Positions 23,574 through 35,099 of a stretch of DNA of 64,000 nucleotides are shown piece after piece (the first letter of the stretch is position 1; every line of letters starts with the position of its first letter). The notes beneath the pieces were generated by a model. That model was given only the letters and a program-made list of their open reading frames with translations. It did not search any database and was not told where the DNA came from. Source of the DNA: Diadema setosum (taxonomy: Eukaryota); contig NC_092698.1 of NCBI RefSeq assembly GCF_964275005.1, positions 38,664,639-38,728,638 on the forward strand. Reading direction: 5' to 3'. The translations under genes and the position numbers were made by a program.

Positions 23574-23756
23574 GTTGAGAAAGCGGAGGCAGTCCTGCTT
23601 CAAATCAAGCGGGCCTTGCTGAGCCCCGACCCAGAGGAAGCGGCGTCGATCGAAGCTCTGAGCAAGCAATTTCACGAGTTAATTCCACACAGGAACGACG
23701 ACACACATCAGCTTGACAGTATGAGAAAGGTCGCAGTCAAGCAAGACCTTTGTCAG
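23574..23756 (+). CDS. PARP4: PARP4-like exon (VEKAEAVLLQIKRALLSPDPEEAASIEALSKQFHELIPHRNDD...VAVKQDLCQ), PARP regulatory domain
   Basis: ctacag acceptor, CAG|GTATCG donor; FYxLIPH motif of the PARP alpha-helical domain. Confidence 0.7.
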
Positions 23757-24290
23757 GTATCGTGCAGTGGTTTTACAAGGAACAGATTGAACAATTCCTA
23801 AACGTATCTACTTTAAATTTCAAGATAGGCTCTTTGATTGAATTCCCTTACGTGTCTCATGTATACTCTACCGATGACTTCTGAGGTATCCTTTGCTAAA
23901 AGTGTGTATGAGTTCTATCAAACAATGATATATTTTGTTTACGATGAATGTCTGAGATGATTGTTAGCTGCTTACTCATAAGGCACAAAGCATAACAAAT
24001 AAGGGATTGGGTCTGAGCTTATCTCGGTTTGTTTTCTTTTACATTGATACTATGAATGTGCTTTAACGAATGAATGTCATCCATTACATGTGGACGATCA
24101 TTGCTGTGAAAACATCATGCTATGATACTCACGAATCTGAGCTTTTCAGCAATAAAGTCTATCCACTGCTTGCAGACAGTTTAATCAATATCTGTCACAA
24201 CACCACGAATGACTTGTGTTCTATATCTAAGCGATAGCCTAAATTGTCAGTGATACAAACTCTTTATACCGCAACCTATCTTGTCGGCAG

Positions 24291-24451
24291 CTAATCCTCG
24301 ATGTGATCAATGTGAATGAGGCCCTGGGATGGAAGAAACGGCCGACGGCTGAGTCCAAATATCGCGCCATGCGCTGCTTCATTGAGCACCTAGACCAGGA
24401 CCATCCCGAGTACCGCCAAGTAGAGGAACTGGTCCTCTCCACTGCACCCAG
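24291..24451 (+). CDS. PARP4: PARP4-like exon (LILDVINVNEALGWKKRPTAESKYRAMRCFIEHLDQDHPEYRQVEELVLSTAP)
   Basis: cggcag acceptor, AG|GTAAAA donor; KYRAxRCxIEHxxQ block conserved with vertebrate PARP4. Confidence 0.7.
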
Positions 24452-24840
24452 GTAAAACAAGGGCTCGGTAATCGGTGTCTACTCGACCTGTTTATAGGTC
24501 TTTCTAATCTCATTCCTGTGATACACACGATAGGCTTAATGAATGTACAGTGTAAATGAAATACCAAGATGTTTTAATAGGTATAAACTCTTGTAGTGAA
24601 TATTCCACTGAAACTTTATTTTTTTTCTTTTTCATTTTGCGTTATAAATGATAACATACCTAAGGGTTTGAATATTTTATCTGCTAGATTCCCTGAACTA
24701 CATGTACATTTTTTTTTTCTTCAGAAATAATGTTGAAGATGAAACAAATAATTTCCCATTTTGTAAGGAATCATATACGTCTTAAATCATTAATATTATC
24801 GTTGGATAATGAAACATTTTCGTTGTTTATATCTCGGCAG

Positions 24841-24978
24841 ACACCAGGAATTGACGATTGTGAATATCTTTGCCGTGAGTCGGGCGCTGGATGAGTTCAA
24901 GTTTGATCGTTCTATCGGCAACGAACGGCTTCTTTTCCATTCGTCCAGGGCTCGCAACTTTCTTGGCATCCTGTCACG
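24841..24978 (+). CDS. PARP4: PARP4-like exon, PARP catalytic domain start (ERLLFHSSRARNFLGILSR; NAD-binding His)
   Basis: ctcggcag acceptor, CG|GTAGCT donor; matches the PARP signature LLWHGSRxxNxxGILSxGL (His conserved, Gly to Ser). Confidence 0.7.
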
Positions 24979-25324
24979 GTAGCTCATGCAAAGTTTATCT
25001 GTTTGTATTCAGCGAAAGAATAAAAAAAAAAGATCGTTAAAAGAAAATGCTCAATTTAGTCAACATTGCACACTACTGTAGAATTACAACGATTATCTAT
25101 TTTCAGTCGACATCTTAATGCCATAAAAGGAAATATGTTTTGTTCTATGGTGCAAGTACTTTCATTCTGTTGTGTTTAACAGTCGTTTAGCGTGGTTGCA
25201 TTTCTGTGATAGGAAGTAGTCTCTATTTCTGCCTTTGTCAGTGCCAGTCTTCTAATAATTGGTGAACTGTTTATCAAAGAGTGGATCTATTATAATGAAT
25301 AATTGCAATGGTTAACTCTTTCAG

Positions 25325-25423
25325 CGGTATCCTTCTCCCGAAAATTGTGGTGGAGATGTTTGGACTCGAACGATGGGACGCAGGGATGCTGGGAAGTGGA
25401 ATTTACTTCGGAGATTCATCAAG
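25325..25423 (+). CDS. PARP4: PARP4-like exon (GILLPKIVVEMFGLERWDAGMLGSGIYFGDSS; catalytic Tyr block)
   Basis: ctttcag acceptor, AG|GTAAGA donor; GxGIYFAD motif of PARP catalytic domains. Confidence 0.75.
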
Positions 25424-25744
25424 GTAAGAAATCTCTATAATAACTTGGTTTGAGTTCGCATAATACGCAATCAGAATGACAATAACAGGCATGTGTAGTT
25501 GAAATTTCACAGTTTGCTTGAGCATACAAAATAATATTCATCAGCGTAAGCAACAGTTAAACAAATACCTTATATTTTAAATCAGATGATGAATGTTTCC
25601 GGAGTAGATTACTCGCAACGAACTATTTCCTTCAGCTGTATTTGCAAATGCTAATTTACTTCCACACTCCGTAGTCTGGCGTAACATGGTCAGATGTTTG
25701 GGTATAACCGTGTTTTATCGTCCTCCCGATGTTTTTGATGATTT

Positions 25745-26090
25745 TACTCTATTTCGAGGTGCTGAATCCTAATGTGGATGATGCAACTCTTGCATCCTTG
25801 AAGGTTCTGCGATACACAAGGTGCCCATCAAAATGATTGTCAAAATGGCCGGCAAAATCTGAAATCCTTTATTTTGCATTTCCCTGTAAATGATGGAAAA
25901 ACCGGGGGAAAAAAATCTTGATTTAACTGTGCTCCCAGGATGCTAAATCCGAATCTGGGTGATTAATTCTTACATCCTTAAGGATTTTGAGATATTGATA
26001 ATAAACATGGCCGCCAAAATCTGAAATTTCCTGTTTATTTTCTCGTAAGTGGAGAAAAGTTATGCTCTGAAGTAATTTGGGAGATTGAGT
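25745..26090. repeat. Intronic tandem duplication (2 x about 170 bp)
   Basis: Unit ...gaggtgctgaatcctaatgtggatga...ggccggcaaaatctgaaatcc... repeated at 25745-25915 and 25925-26090. Confidence 0.6.
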
Positions 26091-26635
26091 CAAGGACAGA
26101 AGGGAGAAAAAAATCACATATATTTTAGTTTAGCGAATTTGTCAAATCAGCCAAAATGGTGTCCAAAATGGCTGCGACAGTGTTAATCTATACTAAGCTA
26201 AAATATTCCATTGATGCATGTCTAATTGAATGTTTTCACGCGTTTTGAAAAGGTTGATATTAGTATCTTCTCTGGAAGAGATCAAAGATATTGCTGATAA
26301 TTCTATCATAAAAAAAAAGAAAAGAAAAAGAAAAAGATAGTATTAAAACTGGCCAATATGTAAAGAAAACTCTGTTAGCTTAAATACAAACCACAGGTCG
26401 ACAACGATTTATGTTTACCGACGTTTATTTCGCTATGAATACTTGTCCTACTGTGGAAGGATGAATTTTAGCACAACACATGAGTTCAGTTGACACGCGG
26501 ATTTTATTGCTGTATCCGACAGCTGTTTCGTGAATCTATTATTGTCCTTGATGGTTCTTAAATTAACGGGAAGATAATAAGCCAGTTTGAGGTTCCACTT
26601 TGCGTATGAGCAGAACAGGGTCATTTGTACCAATA

Positions 26636-27062
26636 GGTGGGTCTTCATCTGCTCGAGCTTGAAGAATAGCCGGCTATTTCTGATCCAAAGAAATAGCCCG
26701 ATCAGAAAATAGCCCGCTAATTTTGCAATGAAGACCGAAATAGCCGGCTCTTCCTATCGGAAAGTAAGCCAAAGAAATCTTGGATTTATGTGCAAAATAG
26801 CCAGCTAAGTTGCAGAATAGCCGGCTAATCTTAACGCGGCTTCATCAGTTCGAGCTTAAACATCGGCACTGCATGCGTTGCGCACCACGCAGGAATGTAG
26901 GCAGTCGGGTGGGAGGGTGTTAGCGTTGAGCTTATAAACCTGACTGTGCCTGGAGCTCGAGCTGGTGAAGACGCGATTGTACATTTCAGCTGACTTCGGG
27001 CTTATTTCTCTGATCCCCCATTAGCGAGCTATTCTTCAAGCTCAAGCTGATGAAGACCCACC
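26636..27062. mobile_element. TA-flanked MITE (about 427 bp) with about 35-bp TIRs and an internal array of about 7 aatagccGGCt units
   Basis: TIR ggtgggtcttcatc.gct.gagcttgaagaatagc at both ends; TA at 26634-26635 and 27063-27064. Confidence 0.7.
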
Positions 27063-27102
27063 TAATGGGACTAAGATAAGCAGCTGTGGTGTAATGATAT
27101 GA

Positions 27103-27495
27103 AAGGGATGGTACAGTATTGGTGGAGATGAAAATTGGGCTTTTAAATTCTTGCGAGATACCAGGAAAACAACTTATGATATAGTACAGAGCATACCATT
27201 TTAAGGGAAATTCAAAGTTTATTTGATGGAAATCGGATTTGGAATGAGTGAAACATCCAAAAACAAAGTAAAACAAAGCGATCGTAATATAGTGTGGGTC
27301 CCACACTTTATTAGAATTGCTCTATTTTGGATATCTCAGCAATTTCAAAACCAATTTTCATCAAATAAACGTTGAACTCCTCATAGAATTACATGCTCTT
27401 TCATATTTCATAAAAGGTTTCTCATTATCTCACAAAAAAAAAAAAAAAAATGTTGGAAACCTGAAATTAGGTCTCAACCAAAACTATACGATCCC
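27103..27495. mobile_element. MITE family X, copy b (PARP4 intron), 4-bp duplication ATGA
   Basis: Homologous to 5261-5643 and 35246-35626; TIR aagggatggtacagtattggtgg / ccaaaactatacgatccc; ATGA at 27099-27102 and 27496-27499. Confidence 0.65.
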
Positions 27496-27747
27496 ATGAA
27501 CATGATGCCTGCCAGCACATCCACCCGACAACAAAAATTGTATTTGACAATATCAAAAGAAAAACAAAACGTTAATACATTCAATGCAGAATAATGAAAT
27601 GGATGCCTTCCCAAGTGTAAATTGATGGGCCATTCTCGTCACCTGGTTCACACAACTTAGCTCTTTGTTTGAACACGACTGATGGATTCCATAAATTGTT
27701 ACGTCTGGCAAGCTTATGCATTTTGTCACTTTGAAGCAAGTGCCTAA

Positions 27748-28384
27748 AGCCCCGGTCATATAGCGCTTTACGGCTTAATCACGGCCAAAACCCGTCTAAA
27801 AGTGGTCTCCCGTGAAGCAGACGATGTTGTTCGCGTTGATGTCGAATTTAAGACTAGCTATGGACGATTTATAGAGTGGCAGGACGCGGGGAAAAATCGG
27901 AATGGCGTCGGACGCGGTAAAAAGTTTTGAACTACTCAAAATTTTATTCCGCGGACAACCACAGGCGGAACACGTGGTAAAGACGTGCAACACACGTGAA
28001 ACACACGTGAAACACACGTGATAATCCGTGTTCCGGCAGTGATTAAGACTTGGGGAGACGCGGTAAGACGCGAAAGTTTAGCGGTCTGTCACGGGCAAAG
28101 CACGGTCATCTGACGCGTGTTACGCGTTGGTATCACCGTAAATAGCGTGTGTTTAGCGGCTTATCACTGACAAATTGATTTTCCGCGTACATACACGCGG
28201 CTGGACGTGGTTAGCCGTGCTTAGGCAGTGCTTCAGCAGTGGAACAGCCGCCGACTGCCATACCCCGTACAAAAGCACGGCCAAACCAAAATTGACCAAA
28301 AATTACCACTGACGACCACGTCCACCAGATTTTCATAACTTTTTGTACGTGATTTAGACATGGAGTGCTGTGTGACCGGGGTAT
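27748..28384. mobile_element. Putative non-autonomous DNA element, unusually CpG-rich, with imperfect TIRs (ccccggtcatatagc / gctgtgtgaccgggg) and an internal (AACACACGTG)x3-4 array
   Basis: Terminal inverted repeat of about 15 bp with 2 mismatches; CG dinucleotide density far above the surroundings; E-box CACGTG repeated 4 times at 27964-28020. Confidence 0.4.
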
Positions 28385-31315
28385 AACCAACTGAGAAAAA
28401 TGAAAGGTCATTTGTACTCAAGTGCACATGAACTAACCCCGAACTGGCTTATTGAAAGTTTTAAATGCAATATAAGATGCACTGTTCTGAGGAGAATTAG
28501 ATTTTGGATCCACAATTTCAGTATTATGAGTTTAATATGCGGTAATTCAGACGACAGAGTTGTTGGGGCAAGGTCATGCAAGAGTTGAATGGAAAGATTG
28601 TGGTTTGTTTTCCTCTTCTTTCCTTGAGCCGATCAATATGTGAAGAAAAATAAAGACTTTCTCCATCGTAACAACCTAATACCATTGCTAAACAATCTGT
28701 TCTTACTGACTTGGGGTCGATTTAGTTGACCAGTTTAGGTGACCAGTCCTCCAGATTACGCCAAAGTAGCGCAAATGGGGCTGAATTAGGGTTTTGTATA
28801 ACAATAGGGAGGTATCCTTATCAATGAACTTTCTTATACGCTTGACTGCATGAAAGAATTTGAGCGTTTTGCTCCTAACATGTTCATTTTGTGGAGTCCA
28901 TGTTAGGTGTTCATCGAGAATGACCCCAAGATATTTACCCTCTGAAACTCTTTGCAGGGTGTATTTTCAATAACAAAATGAACATTTTTAAAATAACGCA
29001 AATTCATTTTAGATCCAATCAACATAAACTGACATTTGTTTACGTTTAACAATGATTAATCGCTTTTGAACCATTTAAAAAAAGTGACATTAGGTCATCA
29101 TTGTTTTGTCGACGAGGGGGGGGGGGGAGGGGTAAAAAAGCGGGTCTTTTGAAACAAAATATAAGCAGGTAGGCCTATCATCTACGCATAAGGAGAGCCA
29201 ACACTTCTTAAGAGATTTATGCATATAGTTAAGAGTGAGGATCAATAAAAGAGGCCAAATATTGATTATAATAATGATAGCTGGTCAAATCCGATTTCTT
29301 AATTTCTCAACAGCATTAAAGGATAAGGGCCATAAAGTAGTCTACTTTGTGTTCACTTCGAGCCCATTTTACAGAGCAAACACACAAACTTTTTGATTCG
29401 CCCCCCCCCCCCCAAAAAAAAAAAAAAAAATCTGAGAAAATCACAATACCTATTAATTTCAATTTGCATAGATTCTGCCTTTGATTTTTTTCCCTTCTAT
29501 AAGCGTAGTGGTGGCGACGGCGGCGGTGGCAATGGTGGTGGTGGGGGCGATGTTCCATTGACCTTGACCCCCCCCCCCCGACACACACAAACTGAAAAGC
29601 GTTCAACTTTATCATGACTCCACTTGTGTCTACATAGACATATCCATGGTCTTATACATAGTTTATAAAAACACTTGAGTGAATGAAAATTAATTACATT
29701 ATCTGTATTTCTTTTCTGTATTTCTGTAACATTTATCCAATTACACATACTGTCGTACATGTTTTGAATGATTGTAAGCGCTTTGGGCCTTGTGGGAAAA
29801 GCGCACTATAAATAATAGTAATAATAATAATTATAATAATAATATTTCTTTTTATTCGTAATGCGATTTTTAGGATGTGTCACAGAGTTCATGGCAGACC
29901 TCTGCTGGCAACCGGAACAATCTTTGACCATGCTCAAGGGCTATCATACCTTTCTGGGTAATTAATTTTAGAGAAGGGTAATTAGAGCATTGCTTTGTGT
30001 TGTATAGTTAATAGGTGGGGCGTGACACTTGCGTCCATGCCTGCCCTGCCGCAAATACGGAGCATTAAGAACGGACAGGAAGCCTCGAAGTATTACGCAC
30101 TTTGTATAGAAATCGTCTAGTTAAATCCATTGTCCACTCCAGTCTTTTTGAACTTTAATCCCCGATTGCACACATATTGGAAGAATACTTGGTGTCAAAG
30201 TTCCTTTTAAGTGACGATTAAGGTCTACCAATAGGTGTATTGAAACTGCTATCACAATTCACAACCTGTTGTGTATATAATCACTGGACCTCTGAGAATG
30301 TGGTATCGAGGGGGTTAATTCTTCATTTTATTGATACACTGTAATTGGCACTTGATCTGGACAATAAAGGGTTATGTCTCCGGGTTTGTTTGCTTGTTTT
30401 TTTTCACCCAACATAATGTGGTTGCATTGTTTTGGACGCTGTCCTCTCTAGATTCTAGAGAAAGCGACTGGCCTGAAAAGACTAGGCTTCTCGGGAACCA
30501 TTCATGCAGATCACCCAAAGTCAATAAAAGAGATGCAACCCCCGGATGGTCGGGCGGAATTCTCCCTGGTGGTCGTCATGAGTGGACGTGCAGTTCAAGT
30601 CCCTCCGACCGTCAGGACCTCCGACACATCCATCACACCTCTTCAACACAACCATGCACCACCACGAAAATCGGCGAAAATACTTAATTATGACAAAGTA
30701 CAAGGATACCGGAGCACGGAATATTAACCCCTTTCATACATTCACTGTACATTACTATCCAACTCAACAATAAAACACATTGTACAGGCTTCTCCATCAG
30801 CTATGCACCTTGGTAACAGTACAACAACATAATTAGAAGAACACCGCGTCATGATAATGATTTGGGTGCCGAAGCCAGGTTTTGAGACTGACAGATTTGT
30901 ATTCAACACTCTCGAAATGTAAAAACAAAATGGGCGGATAGTAAAACACGGTTCACCCTCTTACACTCAGACTAATAGGAATACAGTAGAAGAGCCTTAC
31001 ATTTTTGCATATTGAAATACAACGAACCATATGTATATAAATACACTTACACAAAGGAAGGGTAAAGAGAAGATGTAAATATATAATTATGAGGATTCTT
31101 TGCGGCCATAGTCGACTTCTTTGGAAGGTGATGACTGTATAATTCAATATAGTGTGTGAGTGACAGAACGTGCTGGTAGCTTGAACTGCAGAGCAAGGCG
31201 AACAAGAGGAGCCGGACCTGCCCATTTAGATCCTAAATATCCTATGTTAATGGTGTATAGCTCTTTTAAGTAGGTATCTTATAACGTTCTCTTAAACATT
31301 AATTTTTGTCATCAG

Positions 31316-31499
31316 TACCAGTGCCATATACTCTACTGCGGGAGAGTTTACTGGTACGCGTTTTATGGCTGTCAGTAACGTGGCGCTTGGAAGAGTTAAA
31401 GATGTTTACGAGAAGAGACTAGACCTTGAGAGCGCCCCCGTTGGTTTTGACAGTGTACATGGCGTCCGGAAATCCAAGGAGATCGAGTCGTTTTTTAAG
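31316..31499 (+). CDS. PARP4: PARP4-like exon (STSAIYSTAGEFTGTRFMAVSNVALGRVKDVYEKRLDLESAPVGFDSVHGVRKSKEIESFFK)
   Basis: catcag acceptor right after an in-frame stop, AAG|GTAAGA donor; aligns residue-by-residue with vertebrate PARP4 SIKYSHPGETDGTRLLLICDVALGKCMDLHEKDFSLTEAPPGYDSVHGV; phase-consistent with the previous exon across a 5.9-kb intron. Confidence 0.7.
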
Positions 31500-31596
31500 G
31501 TAAGACCAACATTTATCAGGTAGGGAAGTTACGTAATTATAAAGTTTCACATGTCCCTCGGATAAAACATGAAATAGAGGTCTCAAGTGTGAGAGC

Positions 31597-31740
31597 GTTA
31601 AAAAGATCATTCATGCATTTATCGGTCATTGGTCCGCCCCAAGTACATACAACTCGACCGCATGGAAGACCGGATAGCGCAGCTGAATATGAACAATGCA
31701 GCCATCTTGGCAGATGGAAAATGAAACAACAAACAAGCAT

Positions 31741-31776
<36 letters not shown>
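31597..31776 (-). mobile_element. SINE-like interspersed repeat (copy 1) adjacent to a (TG)n microsatellite
   Basis: About 130 bp with about 85% identity to 59700-59830 in opposite orientation (gttttcattttccatctg.caagatggctg...cttccatg.ggtc...gtacttggggc.gacca). Confidence 0.6.
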
Positions 31777-32236
31777 AAATAATTCAAACACTTAATTATG
31801 AAAATTAGATGAGATTGCGATGATTTCATGGCCTCACAAGTCACCTTTGACCTAGTCACTCACTAAATCTTGGTTTGTTTGTTTGTTTTGTGAATCACAA
31901 AGAAACACTTGATACAGTTACATTTGATTTGTGTTGTATTACAATAGAATATCATTTGTGAATGGGGAGAGTTGTTGCTGAATTATCCAAACACATTATG
32001 ACGTTATAGAATTTGCATTATTCTGTAGTTAAACAGTTGAAATATTGAAAAAAAAATCTGTGGCTATGTTTTTTACAGCTCTGAATTTAATGAAAATACA
32101 TTCTGTTTACCTGACCTCTCTCAAAAAATATTACTCACGTTTTAAGCTACCTGAGTCGTACATATACATCTTTAAGTTAACGTGTGAAGCTACGAATATT
32201 TACGATTAATGCACATACTGGTATAATTCTCACCAG

Positions 32237-32420
32237 GAGGATGAGTTCACTGTGTATCAGGCCAACCAGCACTGCCTTCGGTTCCTCGTTGAATTCAAAT
32301 TGACTGAGAGGAACGAGGATGGACACGATGGGAGTGTGAGCTCACCGAGCGCATTGATGTCCAGTGATGATGACAGTGATGACACTACTGACAGCGACAG
32401 TGACGATGATTTCGAGATCG
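32237..32420 (+). CDS. PARP4: PARP4-like exon (EDEFTVYQANQHCLRFLVEFKL... acidic Ser/Asp-rich stretch)
   Basis: caccag acceptor, G|GTATAA donor; matches the end of the PARP catalytic domain EDDEFVVYKTNQVKMKYIIKF. Confidence 0.7.
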
Positions 32421-32927
32421 GTATAATACAATTCGAATGATTTATCTCGGGGAAGTACGCACCTAAACCATAAGTCGTCAAAATGTGAAAATACTTGGAG
32501 TACAACCACAAGTTAATGAACGGCAAAGGCCAGATAACCGGTACCTAATACAGTGTAAAAGGAAAGGGAGCATTTACAACTTATGACATCCCATGCAATC
32601 ACGTTACTACATTGTTAGGATCTGACACAAAAATTGCGAGCAAAATCGTTTTGAAATCTAATGTTTAAGACTAATTGGAAATCAAGATTTGTAGGTCAAC
32701 GACAATTCTAAAGATAGAATAAATAGGTCACTGTCTGACTGTATTTACTTGTTCCTTGGCTTTTTCAAGAAAATAGTCGAAATGCTTGATGTTGTATGAC
32801 TTTTGTATGTGTCATGTTAACTCTGATGACCTGTGAACTATGAGGTGCTGACGTATCTCTTTCTTTGGCCCTGTTCCAACTGTCATGGTAAGACAGCATA
32901 TTGTATGGTATCTCGTCTTGTCTAAAG

Positions 32928-33058
32928 ATACAACGGACATACAGGGCATCTTGTATCCAGAGGCCAGAATTAAAGCCGGTCTCACCGGCGGGGACGGGGC
33001 GGGCATCGAACTCAAGGATGTCCACGTCCGAGCTAAGATAATAGATCTCGCTGCTGAG
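32928..33058 (+). CDS. PARP4: PARP4-like exon (DTTDIQGILYPEARIKAGLTGGDGAGIELKDVHVRAKIIDLAAE); VIT domain start
   Basis: ctaaag acceptor, GAG|GTAAGT donor; LEDVHIKGRIIDTVAQ equivalent. Confidence 0.65.
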
Positions 33059-33354
33059 GTAAGTTTACCAGTAGAACTAACATATTTTAATTGTTTTTCG
33101 TATCTTTAACAATTGTATACGTCTACATTGTGATTGTATGTACACTGTACTTAGTTATGTTGATAGCACATTGTTGCCTCCATCGACATTCTATAAATTT
33201 GAACGAAGTCAGCAGATTATTTAGGTTTACGGTTCCAATATTTATCATAAAATATTTTTAGGGTAATATGATTATGAAAATTTAATGGAATAACATAATG
33301 TGTTCATTGTCAAGATGTGTTGTCCATGCTTCCATTGTTAATTCCTCACCATAG

Positions 33355-33573
33355 GTAACGGTCCTCCAGAAGTACGAGAACATCGGGAAAGACTCGGCCG
33401 AGACGAGGTACGTCTTTCCGCTGGACGAATGCGCCGCTGTGTGTGGATTCGAAGCATACATCAATGGTAAACACGTCGTGGGCGTGGTCAAAGAGAAGGA
33501 AGAGGCAAAGACGTCGTACCAGAAGGCGTTACGGGAAGGCCATGGAGCTTATCTCATGGAGGAGGAGGCATCG
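33355..33573 (+). CDS. PARP4: PARP4-like exon, VIT domain core (RYVFPLDECAAVCGFEAYINGKHVVGVVKEKEEAKTSYQKALREGHGAYLMEEEAS)
   Basis: accatag acceptor, TCG|GTAAGA donor; near-identical to the vertebrate VIT block KYIFPLDDKAAVCGFEAFINGKHIVGEIKEKEEA...GHGAYLM. Confidence 0.85.
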
Positions 33574-33973
33574 GTAAGATCCATTATCTCATGCCAGTAC
33601 ATCATGTATGGTAAACATGCTGATCGGAATTGAAAACCGGCGAGCCCATGTCTCTCGTCCAATTCACTAGTGTTTTCCATTTTCCCAATTGGGTTTGGCT
33701 GGATCATGCATACTCCGCGGATTTTTTTTTTTTTTTTTTTTTTTTTGGGGGGGGGGGGAGGGGGAGGGGGGGGGGAGGACTGAAAACCCAGCCTCAGAAA
33801 GGCTTACAAACCATGTGCACATTTCCGTGGTCACTCCTTGATCAGGCGAGATCGACAGTAACTGTTATAGTTGAACCTCCTTTTTAATCAGATGTATTAT
33901 GCATCCTAAGCATATCGAAATTTCGATAATCGATGTACGCAGGATTATGTTTCCTCTTCTTGCTAAATGACAG

Positions 33974-34185
33974 AACATTTTCTCCATCACCGTTGGGAAC
34001 CTTCCGCCAGGGTCGAGCGTGATCGTTCGAATCACATATGTTACCGAGCTCGTGGTTGAAGGGGATCGGATCGCTTTCAATCTCCTTGGCAGCGTGGCGC
34101 CGTGGAAGAGGAATGAGATTTTGGCGGCAAAGTATGACGAAAAAGGTCAATCGGTGACTGCCGTGTGCCAAAACGACCGTGACAG
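33974..34185 (+). CDS. PARP4: PARP4-like exon, VIT domain continued (NIFSITVGNLPPGSSVIVRITYVTELVVEG...APWKRNEIL...)
   Basis: tgacag acceptor, AG|GTATGT donor; VxVGNLPPxxxVxIxITYxTEL block conserved. Confidence 0.8.
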
Positions 34186-34450
34186 GTATGTGACGTATGT
34201 GACTCGTGATTTACAATGCTGGTTTACGGTGTTTCCCTACACAACACTGGTCATTATCTTATTAACCGACGACTTTGTTTTTTCTTTCGAAAGTTGAGTT
34301 AATCTTGTATTTGTTTCTTAACAGCCACAAACTTTTGCATTTCGTGATTTAATCTTTGGTGGTAATAGTAACATAGTGACCGAACGTCTCTTTGGTAAGC
34401 AAAAGAAAAAATAATGACTAAACATAAAGGTGTGATTTGCCTTTATACAG

Positions 34451-34532
34451 GAACGAGTCATTCGTGGCTTCGATTGAAATGCCAGGGAAGATCAGACGAG
34501 TAGACTGCCCGACGCACACCGTCAAATTTCAG
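34451..34532 (+). CDS. PARP4: PARP4-like exon (NESFVASIEMPGKIRRVDCPTHTVKFQ)
   Basis: tatacag acceptor, CAG|GTAATC donor; SxxxSIEMP block conserved. Confidence 0.7.
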
Positions 34533-35039
34533 GTAATCACAGCTGGCACTTGGATTTACACTCAATATATTTACAAAGCAATAGTAACTCCATACTTCTC
34601 GTACGACACATTTCACTGTCATGTCTTTCGGTTGGATATAGACTTCTGTGTTGTAATGTTTTCTGACGAATATTTTCTATTGCAACTCCTTCACTCTCTT
34701 TCACTCCATTCTCAACCTCCGCATGAAAGGTGTCCTTAGGTAATATAAAAACTTTATGTCAAAAAGATTATGTGCACTAATATAATTTACAGATTGTTCT
34801 TACGTAGTCCTTAGGGGTATGATGCCTTGTAGGTTGTAACAAGAAATCGTGATATTAAATGATAAAAATAATCAGACTTCAGCGATCGAATAAAAATCAA
34901 TTAATAAAAATAACAGTAACGTCGGCGATTTCCCCTACGAAAGCTCTATATTCTCTCTGGCTTTGGATTTTCCTCCATCAAATGTCCATTTTTGTCGAGC
35001 CCACCGGAGGTGTGGGGAGACTAGGGATCGCCTGCGGCG

Positions 35040-35088
35040 TCTGTCCGTCCGTCGCCCGTCCGTCCGTCCGTCGTCCGTCCGTAACGCT
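35040..35088. repeat. (CCGT)n microsatellite
   Basis: seen directly. Confidence 0.85.
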
Positions 35089-35099
35089 ACAAAAACTTG

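Noticed and set aside
29874-29957. Candidate PARP4 exon (ttttag|GATGTGTCACAG...CTGG|gtaatt, giving RMCHRVHGRPLLATGTIFDHAQGLSYLSG), phase-compatible with exon 25325-25423
   Set aside because: The exon at 31316-31499 aligns far better with PARP catalytic-domain sequence (SxxYS..GxxxGTRxx..VALG..APxGxDSVHGV) and is also phase-compatible. Using both would break the frame.
30331-30773. Three overlapping plus-strand ORFs in the PARP4 intron (30331-30687, 30533-30727, 30582-30773)
   Set aside because: No frame has usable splice sites plus PARP homology. A tentative PPGY-like match (TPGWSGGILPGG) was superseded by the real GFDSVHGV exon at 31316-31499.
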